Shown here one piece after another: positions 1-12,545 of a stretch of DNA of 64,000 nt. The DNA is from the human T2T-CHM13v2.0 reference genome, Homo sapiens. A program made the position numbers and the translations under genes. The notes below the pieces were generated by a model. It ran no database searches. It was not told the DNA's origin and saw nothing but the letters and a program-made list of their open reading frames with translations. The DNA is taken from the NCBI RefSeq assembly GCF_009914755.1, contig NC_060932.1. The stretch is one strand, 5' to 3'. The first letter of the stretch is position 1. Every line of letters begins with the position of its first letter.

Positions 1-879
1 TATGTGCAACCTAATCATTGATAAATGTGTTGGACTTTTGAAATATTTAAAATAGCTCAAATCTCCTATTATTACTTTGACAGACATTTAAGAACCAAAA
101 TAATCCATGATAAGAAACAATGCTCTATTTAAAGCTAATCGTTTTAAATTTGCAATTGTCCCAATAGAAAACTTTGCTTAGAATTGAACTCCACATCCCA
201 ATCCTAGAATAAAGAACCTAATGTATTCTGTAAAATTACCACAAGGCTCAAGATTCACAATAAAATTATATTGAGCAAATTGTGAGTGTGTGCAGCATTG
301 AATCAAGTAGATGAATGATAAACTTCTTACTAAATTAATCAATAAGTGGGCCCCTCTTTAAAACTCTGAGAAAATACGAGATTGACTGGGTTTTCCATCT
401 CATCATGTCAGTTCTATCATAAGACTTTTTATTATGTTTTATTTTTACTGAATAAAATTTCATACCCTTAGTAAGGACAGAAGGATGCTTGTGGCTTGGT
501 TTCTACCTAGTTCTCCAGTTTTGTCTCCTGTATTTCCTTTTTTCCTTATTCAATGAACCAATATTGATTAACTGCCTAGTGGGCTAGAGATATAAAGACA
601 AGCAAGACAGTCACCTGAGTGTTCCTCTTAGCTGTGCCTTTCTTGATACACCATACCTGTGGTTCCCAGAATATGCAGCTTGTTGTAGACTTGTCTGCCC
701 TTGCGTGTGCCTCCCTGCTGTACTCCTCTCACTTCTCCATTCCCATCGTTCTGGTGACTTCTCAGCCTCAATATTGCTGCTTCTGTAAAGACTTTCTTGA
801 ATTCCATTCCTCCAGCTCCAGCAGCTTACCTTCCCCGGGCATTGCCTCCTTTGTGCATGACTGTACATCAGCATTTACC

Positions 880-1200
880 ACATTTCTATAAGTGACTTCT
901 ACTGGCCTTCAAACTCATCTCATGCCATGCTCTCCACTCAATCCATACCGGCCTCCTTCATTTCTCTAATGCGCCAAGTTCTTCATGGCCTCAGATCACC
1001 TACACATGCTGCTTCCCTGGACTGGACAGTTCTTCCCCCGCATTGCACTTACTCTAACTCACCTTTCAGGTCTCAGCTTAAATGTCACTTCTTCAGAAAG
1101 TCCTTCAGTGACTACCTAGTCTTATGCAAGTCCCCACTGTTATAGCTTCCATGACACCTTTTGCTTAATTCACAGTACTTACCACGATTTTAATTCATTT
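880..1200 (+). mobile_element. L2 (LINE-2) 3' fragment
   Basis: L2 signature 'ttcaggtctcagcttaaatgtcacttcttcagaaagtccttc'; boundaries approximate. Confidence 0.7.
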
Positions 1201-2419
1201 TTGTGTTTTTCATTCATCTATTTATTCCACGAATATTTATTAAGCACATATCATGTGCCATGCACAACTCTAAAGGTGGGATATTGTGGAGCAACTATCT
1301 TCTCAGCTATGAGGAGAGATAGATAATGAACATATACAGAGATAAATAAATTAAATAATTTTAAGCAATGATAAATGTAATTGAGAGGATAATATAGGGT
1401 GATATTTCTGAGAGTAACCAGGAAGAGGATACTATTTTAGTTCAGAGAAGAAGTGAGCCAGGCAGAAATGAGGGGAGCTATTCCAAGTAGACAATGTCAT
1501 GAGCAAAGCCCAGGGATAGGAATGAGTTTGAAATGTTCAAGGGACAAAAGAAAGTTCAGTGTTTATGGACAATGGTGAATGAGCAGGGACAGAAGGGAGA
1601 GTGAGGACATCGAAGTCAGCAGTCAAGATCAAGTCATGTCAGGTCATACAGATCATGATCATAAGTCTGGATTTTATTCTGGGAACAGTGAGAGCTCTGG
1701 CAGATTTAAAGGAGGGGGATAGCTTACACTTTAGAAAAATTACTCTGACTGCAAGTAAAGACTGGACTATTAAAAGTGAGTTCAGGCAATCCAGATATGA
1801 AGCTATTTCAGGAGCTCGGCAAGGAGAGACAGTGTCTTGGACTGTCACAGCAGTGAGATGGTGAAAAGTGGTTGGATTTGGGATCTATTGGAGACATAAT
1901 TGATAAGATTTATTGATGGATTGAATGGGGGTTATAAGAAATGAGACAAATCAAGGTTTTTAGGTTTTTTGCCTGGGAAGCAGGGTGTATTGTGGTACTC
2001 AAATTAGGCAGAGAAGTCTGTGGAGAGGGAGATTCCTTTGGAAGACTTCAGGGGTTGGGATCATTGTCATTATTGTGGCCATGTGAAATGTGCTATGCCC
2101 TTTAGATTCCAAGTGAAGATATCTACTGGGTAGTTACATGAATGTATTTAACTTAGTATATGAGTTTTTGCTGGAGATGTAAATCTGAAAGTCACCAGTA
2201 CATATAGAAGGTATCTCAAGCTGTGAACTACATGAGATCATAAGGTAAAAGGGGACAGAGAAAAGAAAGGGATTAGGACAAAGCCTTGGGATACTTTGAC
2301 ATATAGACATCTATTCAATTTGGGAAGAGCCAGTATGGGCATTGAGAAGGAGCAGCCAGAAAAATATGAGAAAAACCAAGAGATTGTTATAGCAGAGAAA
2401 TTGAGCTATAGCTAGAAGA

Positions 2420-2752
2420 TGACCTTACCAGGCAGGATTCTAGTAAAAGTTAGAAGGCACAGTCAAATTAAGATAATTCTGGGAAGGTTTATTCATTAAA
2501 GTACTGTGTATGAAGATATGTGCAGGGCACGGGCAACCTTAAGAGATGGCCTTGTAACTCTGTGCTTTGAGTGCAGTTTCTAGGGGAGTAAATACTCTGA
2601 TGCTATTCTCCTCTCTTCCTCCAATCTCCTGCAGGAGGTGCTTATTTAGCAAATTCAACCTTAAACCTGAGTGCATGGAAACTATTGATGCAGTGTCCAA
2701 GGTGGAGAAAGGTCAGAGTGGATCCAGAGGAGCCAAGAGAAGACGTCCAGCA
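2420..2752 (-). mobile_element. MLT1H-like (ERVL-MaLR) LTR nested in L2
   Basis: 'gcacagtcaaattaagataatt...ggtggagaaaggtcagagtggatccagaggagccaagagaagacgtccagca' resembles recalled MLT1H consensus. Confidence 0.6.
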
Positions 2753-2790
2753 TGGTGACCTGGGCTCAAGTCAAGGTCCTTATTTCTCTG
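2635..2790 (+). ncRNA. CASC21: Internal exon (156 bp), exonized LTR; probable CASC21 exon, possibly also used in long POU5F1B 5' leaders
   Basis: Polypyrimidine acceptor 'ctcctctcttcctccaatctcctgcag' (AG 2633-2634) and donor CTG|gtaaga at 2791; gene name from recalled 8q24 annotation. Confidence 0.7.
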
Positions 2791-3814
2791 GTAAGAGCAA
2801 GGATACTAAAACATGTTTGAGTGCTGATGAAATTGATCCCATAGAGAGAAAAATGTTGACAGTACTGGGGAAAAGGGGGATAATTGTAAGAATGAGGTAT
2901 TTTAAAGTGTTAGAAGAATGAGATCCAAAGAGCAAGAACTGGCTTGTCTTAGAGAGGAGTAGAGACAGATCTTCAATTATCATGGGAAGGAATGTACAGA
3001 TGGAGCTAGGGGCATAGAATCAGTGGAGGGAATTGAAGATAATGTCTATTTCATCTAATTTTTCAGTAAAGTATGAAAATAAAACATCAGCTCACGGGGA
3101 GAGGTCCTGGAGACTTAAGGAGAGAGAAGATATGCAATGATTATCTCAGAAAATGGAAAAGTAAATCTGCTATAGAAATGTTAGATTAACTGATATCTGA
3201 GTTAGATTATCTGGTAACCAAGTGCACGTGCAAAGTGAGTCCTGCGAGTAATATTGTGATATTTCAACTTCTCAGGAGCAAGCTCAGACTAAGTGATTGT
3301 TTGGATTTATCCAGTATTTATCTAGTCAAGAATGGCAAAAGGAAAGAAAGGAAAGAAAGATAAGTGGTTTTTCAAGGCACTGATCTTAATGATGGGTCAT
3401 AAATTATAAGCTGGAAGGTGAGAGAAGTGAAGATGAGAAGGGAAACATACATACAGACAAAGCTGTAGAAGGGTGAGTGGATTTGAGATAATGATGTCAG
3501 TCTCCAGAGGGAAGATGCCAGAATGAATAAGCTACTAGGACAGAAGAGTACTGTATGCAAGTGGAATGTACTGAAATCAAGATTTTGAAGATGATGCAAT
3601 TGCTGGAGATGACAAATCCTAGGGCATGACTATGTGAGTAGGTGGCAGAGGTGGGTGGAGGAAGAAATGGTCAGAGCTACTAGGCCAAAGAGCTAAAGGG
3701 CCAGAGTCATAGAGATTCCACCTTCATGAATGCTGAATTTGCCAAGAATGATATCGGACAGAGAGGAGAAGAGGAAGAAGTAAGCCAGACATTCAAGTTA
3801 TCAGTCAGTTAATA

Positions 3815-4060
3815 ACAACAAAATAATTACAGACACTTACATGGCACTTAAAATATACCAAACACCATTCAGTGTACTTCACGTGTATTACCTCATTTAA
3901 TCTTCACCTCTACCCTATCCTCATTCTAAAGATGAATAACCTGGGTCCCAAAGTATTAATTAATCTTTTTTACTGTCATAACTAGTAAATGGCAGAGACT
4001 GAATCCAACCTAGGCAATCTGATTCCAGGGTCTATGACCTTGACCATGAGTTTCCTCTAC
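3815..4060 (-). mobile_element. MIR
   Basis: 'cctcatttaatcttcac...ctagtaaatggcagagactgaatccaacctaggcaatctgattccag'. Confidence 0.75.
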
Positions 4061-4889
4061 TGCTCTAAAAAACAAACAAAAAAAATAATAAAATATGTAA
4101 GTAAAGTCAACACTTTCCTCTATGCCAAGTTCTTCTGGGTAATGAAGTCTAATGATGGGCTTCAAAAATGCTAGGATTTTTGGAGTAGGGAAAGACAACA
4201 GAGAGAAAGGAGTTAGCTTCCTCACCCCCAGGCCTCAAGTTATCTGAGGTGTGAGAGATGAAACAAACAGTCACCAATCACAGGGGAAGCTGCTTTATCA
4301 GGGAACAGAAAGTCTTCATTTACATCAAGGAGGTGATAGGACCAAGAAACTGTGGAACATATGGGGGTTTATTCATGTCTTATTGTGAATTCCAGTGTGC
4401 AGAGAAAGATGGGGATAGATTCAGATTTGATTCACTGTCAATTCCAGGGGTGGGGAACAGGAGTTTAGAAGGGCAGAAAGAGATGGGGATAGAGTCATAT
4501 TTGGGAAGCCTAGAGGCATGTCCATTGATAAGAGATTAGATGGGAGCCTTGACCTCTGATGGTGACTAAGGAGGGAGGGATGAGAGGTGTAATGGTTATG
4601 TGATAAGTCCCAGCAGTCCAGGAGCATCAGTGATAGAAGTCCTGGGTTGGGGAGGGAGCTTTACCTGAATACACTGAGACCTGAGGGGCTTGCCATTGCT
4701 GAGATACACTGACAACTGGCAATATGCAATAAGGTAAGACCCTCAGGGCAATTTATCTGGTCCATAAACATATTTTATTGGTCTTTACACCCCCGGAACC
4801 CAGCAAGGTTCCCAGCACACAGTTGGTGCCTGTACTCTTTACACAGGTAGCAATGTCAACCTCTCTCATTTCAACTTGAATTAATATCC

Positions 4890-5340
4890 TCCATGCTCAC
4901 CCAACTTGCCACACTGGGCTTGGTTGTGTTCCCAAACCTACCAAGCTCCTTCTCATCTGAGAGTTTATGTAGTTATTAACCCATCTACCTGGACACCACC
5001 ACTCCTACTCAGCCAGTTCCTTATATGCTTGGCTCTTTCTTATCACTCAAACCTCTGCTCAAATGTTTCCTTTTCAGAGATGACTTGCTTGGCTTCTTAT
5101 CTTCAGCATCACACCGCTGTGTACCTCATCATCATATTTTATTTCTTTTAGAGCACTTATCAACAATCACTTGTGTATTTGTTTGTGCGTGTGTACACTA
5201 CTGGTTTCTTGTACATTTTCTGTCTGTCTGCACTAGAATGCCTGTGAAGGCAGAAGCATAATCTGTCTGCCTTATCTTCATGTCCTGACACTTAAAATGG
5301 TAAATGCAGTAAACATTCATTGAAAAACTGTTGAAAAAAT
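4890..5340 (+). mobile_element. L2 3' fragment
   Basis: 'ctctgctcaaatgtttccttttcagag...cactagaatg'. Confidence 0.6.
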
Positions 5341-6072
5341 ATTTTGTTTAAATATCTTCCAGGTTTTCAAGCACAACAACCATTGTATATTTAAAAAGCC
5401 CCCATAGTTCATGAATAACCAGCCCTCTGTAGCCTGGCAAGATCAGGATCTGGCTCAATATTCCCGAGACAGCTCATCACACTACATCTGCAACTAACCG
5501 TGTGGTTTCAGTGGCCAAAGCTGAATAGCTCACAAAGGGGAGTAAGCAAGTATTTGGCAGGGTCATTTGCCAAAGAGTCATTGCCCCTAATTTAAAAGCA
5601 ATTAATTATGGGAATTAAGGAAAAGAAATGGTGTTCATGTCCCTGGGCCACCTTTTCTGAATGACTCAGGCGGCCCAGGGCAAGTCAGGACATAAAAGTA
5701 AAAATAAGCCCTGTGCTCTGAAGCCACACTGAGGCTTTGACAACAAAGCTGATGAGATGGCAGGTCACAGGTAAGGAGACCTGAGTGTAGAAGATTTTAA
5801 AGAGCATGCCTTTCAAAGTAAAGGGAACAGAGGAAGAAAATGATTTTTGTAATTACAATTTAAAAATACTGATTAAAAAAACAAAATAACTTAGCATGGG
5901 TTAAAGAGAGACAAGATTTACAGCACTGGGAAAACCAAGGAGAACCCGTGCAAAGTGTTGTCATGGGATTAAGCTATTGAGATAAGCCCTTTCCAGCTCG
6001 AATAGAATGTATTAGTTTGAAAGCAAAGTGGGCTTTGTCTCTGCCACTTGGTCCATTTGATTTTTATTTTCT

Positions 6073-6085
6073 GGTCAACTTGACC
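6073..6085. promoter_or_regulatory. Perfect palindromic estrogen response element GGTCAactTGACC
   Basis: Exact match to GGTCAnnnTGACC, followed by T (TGACCT); binding not demonstrated. Confidence 0.55.
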
Positions 6086-6728
6086 TTTGAGTCTTACTCA
6101 AGTGATTTTTGACCTAGTTGTGGCATAGGGCCTGAAGCTATATAAAACAGTAACTTATTTGATTACATTGCTCAGCCACTATAAGATTCCTTCATGTTTT
6201 TCCCTATTTTTGAAAACGTTTTCTCACCTCAGCTAAACAAAACCGGTCTTTTCAGTTTATGGCTACAAACAACAGCTCGTATTGTTTTAGTACCTTCCAC
6301 AGTTAAGAAATGAATTTAGCAATCATCCAGTTAATTCCCAACTCTCTGCCCATTTTATGGATGAGCAAAGTAAGCCCTAGAGTGCTGAAGGACCTGGCTC
6401 AAGAGCACAGCTACCAGGTGGCAGGTTGCAGGACAGAAAACCCAGCTGTTGAGCCAAGTAGACCCACGTTTGAATCTATCTCCACTATTCATTACCTGTA
6501 TGAAGGGACCGTAGCTTCTGTATCTGCAACAAACAAGACTATTTCCTTTGACTGAACCTCAGTTTCCTCATCTATAATATGGGGAAAAGTTCATGAATTC
6601 CGTAAACATTTATAATGGAGAAGCACTATCCTGGAATCTAGGGATGTAGATACAATAAAATAAAAAAAAAAAGACACGTGGAATTTACTCTTTTGATAAA
6701 TTGGTAACTATGAATCTCATCAAAAGAA

Positions 6729-6729
6729 G
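6729..6729 (+). other. Probable position of SNP rs13281615 (G allele here)
   Basis: Context GTAACTATGAATCTCATCAAAAGAA[G]GCAGAACGCAGATATTCTGAG matches the flank as I recall it; needs dbSNP confirmation. Confidence 0.7.
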
Positions 6730-7049
6730 GCAGAACGCAGATATTCTGAGTAGGGGGTTTGGGGGAGAAATAAGAGTGATTCCTCCTATCTGCTGCTAGG
6801 GCCATAAAGACACTACACCAAGAGGAAGTGTAGGCTTGGCCAGGTCCCTGTTCCAGGCCCTGTTGAAAAGGCTGTTAGCTCTCTCTCCTTCACACCTTCA
6901 GACTCTATACACAGACAATATTCTCTGTGCCTTGGTGTGTAGTATTCTAGAATAATGGCTTCTATTCAGTAGGGGTTTGACACAGACATTTTTCATGTTA
7001 TAGCTCATACAGAAAATTTAGTTTTCATAGAAATCTATAGCCCAACACA

Positions 7050-7266
7050 CGGATAGGTAAATGTTTCTGTAAAGGCCAGATGGTAAATATTTTTGGCTGT
7101 GTGAATTACATAGTTTCTGTCACAGCTGCTCAACTCTGCCATTATAGCTAAACAGAAGCCATAGACAATGTGGCCAAGGACAAGGATGGTGAAGTTTCCA
7201 TAAAATTTGATTTACAAAAATAGGCTATGGGATGGATTTGGCCCACTAACTGTTTGCCAACCCCTG
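7050..7266 (+). mobile_element. MER58A (hAT-Charlie MITE)
   Basis: 'tctgtaaaggccagatggtaaatatttt...ctcaactctgcc...tttgccaacccctg'. Confidence 0.8.
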
Positions 7267-7778
7267 GCCTAGCACAAAGTTAAAACTCAATAAATATTAA
7301 CAGTAATTGATTAAATCAAAAACACATTTACTGAGCACCTTCTATGTGCCAGGTACTATCCTTGGATAGAGGATAAAGTATTCAGTGACAGGACACAGTT
7401 CTTACCCTCATTGAGCTTACAGTCTAATTCCTAAATAAGTTGTTATGAAATACAAAGCAATATGAATGAAACAACTGTGGTTTTGAGATAAATAATAATC
7501 AGAAACCCAGATCATCTGACATCAAAGCGTACATTCTTATATTGCTTATAAGCTATTTGGGGATGAGAAATAAATCTATTCCTATCATATCATACTGATT
7601 ATGTTATACTGACTAGCACAGTTCTGGGCACACATTAATCACTTCACAGAAAACGTGCTGACTTTAATATCATAGTAGGGGATTTGGGTTGTAACGGAGA
7701 TGGAGAACTTTGTATATATGACTTTTCCATCTTTACAATCTTCTTTCACTTTGTAGATGCATTAAAAATTGCCTGGCT

Positions 7779-7891
7779 GGGAGGCTGAGGCAGGAGAATG
7801 GCGTGAACCCGGGAAGCGGAGCTTGCAGTGAGCCGAGATTGCGCCACTGCAGTCCGCAGTCCGGCCTGGGCGACAGAGCGAGACTCCGTCT

Positions 7892-7944
<53 letters not shown>
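7779..7944 (+). mobile_element. 5'-truncated AluYb8 (114 bp body plus pure A tail)
   Basis: Yb8 7-bp duplication GCAGTCCGCAGTCC and 'cccgggaagcgg'; 52 uninterrupted A (7893-7944); perfect 15-bp TSD AAAAATTGCCTGGCT (7764-7778, 7940-7954); TT|AAAA site. Confidence 0.95.
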
Positions 7945-7947
<3 letters not shown>

Positions 7948-8084
7948 CCTGGCTAATTGATGTGAGTAATATGTCATTGAGCCCAAGGCCATGGGGAATA
8001 CTAAAGCAACCTGTTTAAATCCCAAATCTCAAATGACTTTGAAAAAAATTGTGGACTAAAAGCAGGAAATCATCCCAAGACCTT

Positions 8085-8605
8085 GTCTTAACCTAAATTC
8101 CCCCTAAAAAGTAAGACCTGGGATAGAGACTTTCAGAGAGTTTATTCTGGAGAAGTAACTTCAAGAAATGGGGGGTGGGAGTTGTGGAGAATGAAACAGG
8201 GAATGGACAGGTGCACTATGGAGCTAACACCACTGTGAGCATCTGGGGCTCAGTCCCACTTACAGACCCTCTGAGAAGCCTTGTAGAATGCTCTGTAGAA
8301 TTGCTACCTAGGGGATAGAAGAGGGGATTACTTATCCACCACTTCACCTTCACTGGTCAAGGGTTATCCCAGAAGGTGCTACCTCTTCTGTACTCTGAGT
8401 TGCATATGCATCAGAATGACTGAGCAGGTTCCTTTAAGTACTGCATATTAGCCATGTCATAAAAGGCCCAGGGCAGAAAGCAAGACTTCAAGGGTGCGGC
8501 CAAGGCTAGATGCTGTTGGTTTGACCTGCGTGGTAACTGGTTATTTTAGCAATGGCTGGAGTAGAACATGTAGACCAAGAAGGTGTAAGATGGAACGCAA
8601 GAGCA
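8085..8605 (-). mobile_element. LTR33-like ERVL LTR
   Basis: 'caccactgtgagcatctggggctcagtccca...ccctctgagaagccttgtagaatg'. Confidence 0.55.
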
Positions 8606-8912
8606 TAACAGTATTCAGGATACAGCAATATTCAGGGACATAGAAGTATTCAGGGATGCATCACAGAAAGTTCTATGCTTTGTTTGGAGTGAACACCCAA
8701 CCATGTGTCTACCACCAGTTCTCACTTCCAAACTTCCTTCCTCAATTGAGATAATGATAATAATCCACCTTCATGTACCACGTGCATAGTACTTTTATGA
8801 ACATTTGACTCTCACAGAAATCTTGTGATGTAACTAAGGTCTGACTATTATTCTTCCTTTTTTCTACATAAGGAGACCAAGCTCAGACAAGTTAAGAGAA
8901 TTAATTGCCTAA

Positions 8913-9110
8913 AGCATCATTTTCCAATGGAATTGTCTGTGATGATGAAAATGTTCTACACATTGTCCAACACAGTAGCCATTAGCCACATGCAGCCACT
9001 GAGCCCTTGAAATGTAGTTCACATGACTAAAGAACTGAATTTTTAATTTCATTCAATGTTAATTAATTCTGATTTAAATTTTAATGGCCACATGTAGTGA
9101 GTAGACAAAG
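8913..9110. mobile_element. MER3-like hAT MITE
   Basis: 'gtgatgatgaaaatgttctac...gtagccattagccacatg...aagaactgaatttttaattt'. Confidence 0.7.
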
Positions 9111-9974
9111 CAGTGGCAGACACTTTAACATGTCTTTTTCATATTGTATTCAAAATACTTTTCACTGTTGAAGTGCAATGAAAGAAATGTGTTGACTTTC
9201 TTCATATTGCATTCTTATTTACATAGTCAATTATAAATTAAACGATTTCCTTGTTTTCTTGCTATCACCTGGTTGCTTTCCAGCATTAACTGTAATGTTA
9301 AAAGGAGGGACTTACCCAGAAATAACACTGAATGCAACCTAAAGCAGCAAGAATCTTCATGGGAACAGAATAAACACAAAGGATGTCTACCCTTCCTCCC
9401 TCCACCCACTTGGATTCTTGTTTCTAGTTTGCACCTGGACATAAGGCCATTTTGTACTTCCACACATAGAGCAAAACTGTTCTACACACCTAAAATTATA
9501 GTGTGTACCTTGTGCAACAATGCATCTAAAACACAATTTGCATAAGGTGAGACTTGCATAACTTGGGGTTGAGATTTAAGACTCTATTTCAAATCTTCTG
9601 AGTTTTAAGTTTAGGACTCTTAAGCCTAGGACTTTTTATTTCATATTTTACCATTTCTTAATTCAAGTATGATAAGCATGTCAAATTCATGTTCATTCAA
9701 TAAATGATTCACGAGCTACTAACTTACACTACAATTGTTTTTTAAATATTTATGTGTTGTTTGGAGAGAAAGAGGCATTTTAAATCTAAAGACAGTAGTA
9801 GATCATCCATCCTGAATTGTTAGAGAATGAGACACCTCATATTCGTGTATTTTTCAGAAGACCGAAGCTTACTTTAACCCTTAAAGAATGAGCTTTAAAA
9901 TCCTATCCATTTTTGGGGGGAAATATTTCTGCAAGAAGTCTCTTACTTTCTTAAGCAGAGTATTTCAAACTGTT

Positions 9975-11475
9975 TTATCATGAATTGACAATCTATAATT
10001 GTATAAATTTATGGGGTACAACATGATGTTATAATTTATGAGTGTGATGTGGAATAACTATATCAAGCTAATTAATATTTTCATTACCTCAAATACTTAA
10101 CATTTTTTGTAGTGAGAACATTTGAAATGCACTCTTAGCAAATTTGAAATGTACAATTCTCTATTATTAACTATGTTCAACACACGGTCCAATAGAACTC
10201 AAAAAAGAATAAATCACATCATTCATGTCTCACAGATTTTATACCCTTTAATCATTAATTCTCCATTCCCCCAGCCTCTGTAACCAGCATTCTACTCTGT
10301 TTCTATGAGTTTGTTTTAGATTCTACATTTAGGTGAGAAGATGTGGTATTTGTCTTTCTGTGCCTGACTTATTCTACCTAACATCAAGTTCTTCAGTACC
10401 ATTCGTGTTGTCCAGATGACAGAATTTTCTTTTTTAAGGCTGAATAGTATTCCACTGTGTATATATACCACATTTTCTGTATCCATTCATCCATTGATGA
10501 ACACTTAGCTTGATTCCATAACTTGACTCTTGTGAATAGTGTTAAATGAATATAGAGGTGCAGACATCTATTTGACAAACTGATTTCAAATGTTATGGGT
10601 TAATTCCCAGAAGTAGGATTGCTGGATCACATGGTAATTCTATTTTTCATTTTTTGAGGAAGCTCCATACTGGATTTTATGATGGCTGTACTAATTTACA
10701 TGTCACCAAAAGTGTACAAAGTTTCCCTTTTCTCCCCATCCTTACCAACACTTGTTATCTTTGTTTTTTTGATATGCCACTCTGACAAGTGTTGAGTGAT
10801 ATCTTCTTATGGTTTTAATTTGTCTTTCCTATATCATTAACAATGTTGAGCATTTTTTTGAAAACATATTTGTGGCCATTCGTCTTCTTTTAAGAAATGT
10901 CTATTCAGATTCCATTTTTTAATTGGGTTTTTTGTTAAGTGAGCTCCTTCCATATTTTGGATGTTAGCCCCTTTTTGGATATATGGTTTACAAATATTTT
11001 CTCCCATTCTGTGGGTTGTCTATGCATGCCAGTAATTGTTTCCTTTAAGATGCAGAAGTCCTTTAATTTGACGTAATATTTTGTCTATTTTTGCTAGACT
11101 AATGTCTTGTAGTTTTTTCCTATGTTTTCTTATAGTAGTTTTAGAGTTTCTGGTCTTAAATTTAAGTATTTAATCTAATTCAAGTTAGTTTTTATACATG
11201 GTATGAAAAAAGCATCAATTTTCATTTTTCTGCATGTAGAAATTTGTTTTTTCTAGCATCATTTATTGAACAAACTATCATTTTCTCATTGTGCACTCTT
11301 GGAACCTTTGTCAAAAATCAATTGACCATGTATGTGTGGGTTCATTTCTGAATATTCTATTCTATTTCATTGGTCCATGTTTCTACTCTTTTGCCAATAC
11401 CATGCTGTCTTAATTACTACAGCTTTGTAGTATAGTTTGAAATCAGATGGTGTGATACCTCCACAAACATTTTTC
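9975..11475 (-). mobile_element. Old L1 (L1MA-type) 3' fragment
   Basis: Antisense L1 3'UTR and ORF2 end ('gctgaatagtattccactgtgtatatataccacattttc'); degenerate ORF2 peptide at 10393-10578. Confidence 0.85.
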
Positions 11476-11659
11476 TTTAATCCATTCACTTATACATTCA
11501 TTTATTCTTTCAGCACATATAAAACAAATACTACCCATAGACCATGCACTGCAAAAGGGTCTGGGGCAGTCCAAGGAAATAAATCCATTCTGCTCTCAAG
11601 AAACTCAAAAGTCTTGAACAAAATACCAGTGTCCCATTCAGTCATTGTTATTCAGAATC

Positions 11660-11930
11660 CAAATCTTCTGGAAGCCATGTCTTTAAAAGAGTAAAAGAAA
11701 CAAGTGTAATCAAGTTTAATACTATATTTTAACTCAATATATCCTAAATTTTATCCTTTCAACATGTATTCAATATTTAAAAATTGTTAAGGTATTTTAC
11801 ATTTTTTTTATGTTTAGTCTTCAAAGTTCCAAGTGCATTTTATATGTACAGAACATCTCAATTCATATCAGTCATGTTTTGAGTGCTTAATAGCCACATG
11901 TGACTAGTGGCTTTTCTATTGGACATTGCA
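11660..11930. mobile_element. MER33-like hAT element
   Basis: 'gtaaaagaaacaagtg...ctcaatatatcc...tagccacatgtgactagtggc...ttggaca'. Confidence 0.7.
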
Positions 11931-12355
11931 ATTTCAGAGCAAAACAAGTATTGGTGATTAATCACCAATTCACTACAAGGAAGCAGATACTTAAATATTT
12001 CAACTTTGTATGTCTGTTAACTTCATATATTCATATGCCATATGAATATTTTAAGTTCATATGGTTTCTCATTCTTCCGCCTCACTCTCAGGCAGCCTGA
12101 TTTCCTTCATTATTGTTGCAAATTTGCTTATGTCTAGCAAATGCCAGTGCCTCCTGTTTGTCATTATTATAGTCTGATATAAGCTAGAAAAAATTGGTAG
12201 TAAAATCGTGTTGTATTATTCAAAACAGAGTAAATGGGCTCTAAGTAGGGGCTAAAGAGGCATTTCTGTGAATAAAACATACACATATTAACGTATAAAA
12301 TTTCTAACACAGGTTTGACTTCTCAGAAGCCTCCTCTCTCTTTCAGTCTTCTTGG

Positions 12356-12545
12356 TCAGTGGTCTTCCAAGTGTTGTCCTCAGGCCCACAGCAGCAGCAG
12401 CACCCAGGGAGTTGTTAGAAAGGCAAAGTCCTGGTCCCCACCCCAGACCCAGTGAATCAGAAACTCCGTGGGTGAAGTATATAGCAATCTGTGTTTATCA
12501 GCCCTCTGGGTGATTCTGGTGCCCACTAAAGTTTGAGAACCATTA
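12356..12545. mobile_element. MER5A
   Basis: 'cagtggtcttccaagtg...ccccaccccagacccagtgaatcagaaactc...aaagtttgagaacca'. Confidence 0.85.

Larger units (their letters stand above)
1210..3790 (-). mobile_element. Long L2 fragment, interrupted by an MLT1H-type LTR
   Basis: Starts with the L2 3' end 'cattcatctatttattccacgaatatttattaagcac' and continues as purine-rich antisense L2 body. Confidence 0.7.
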
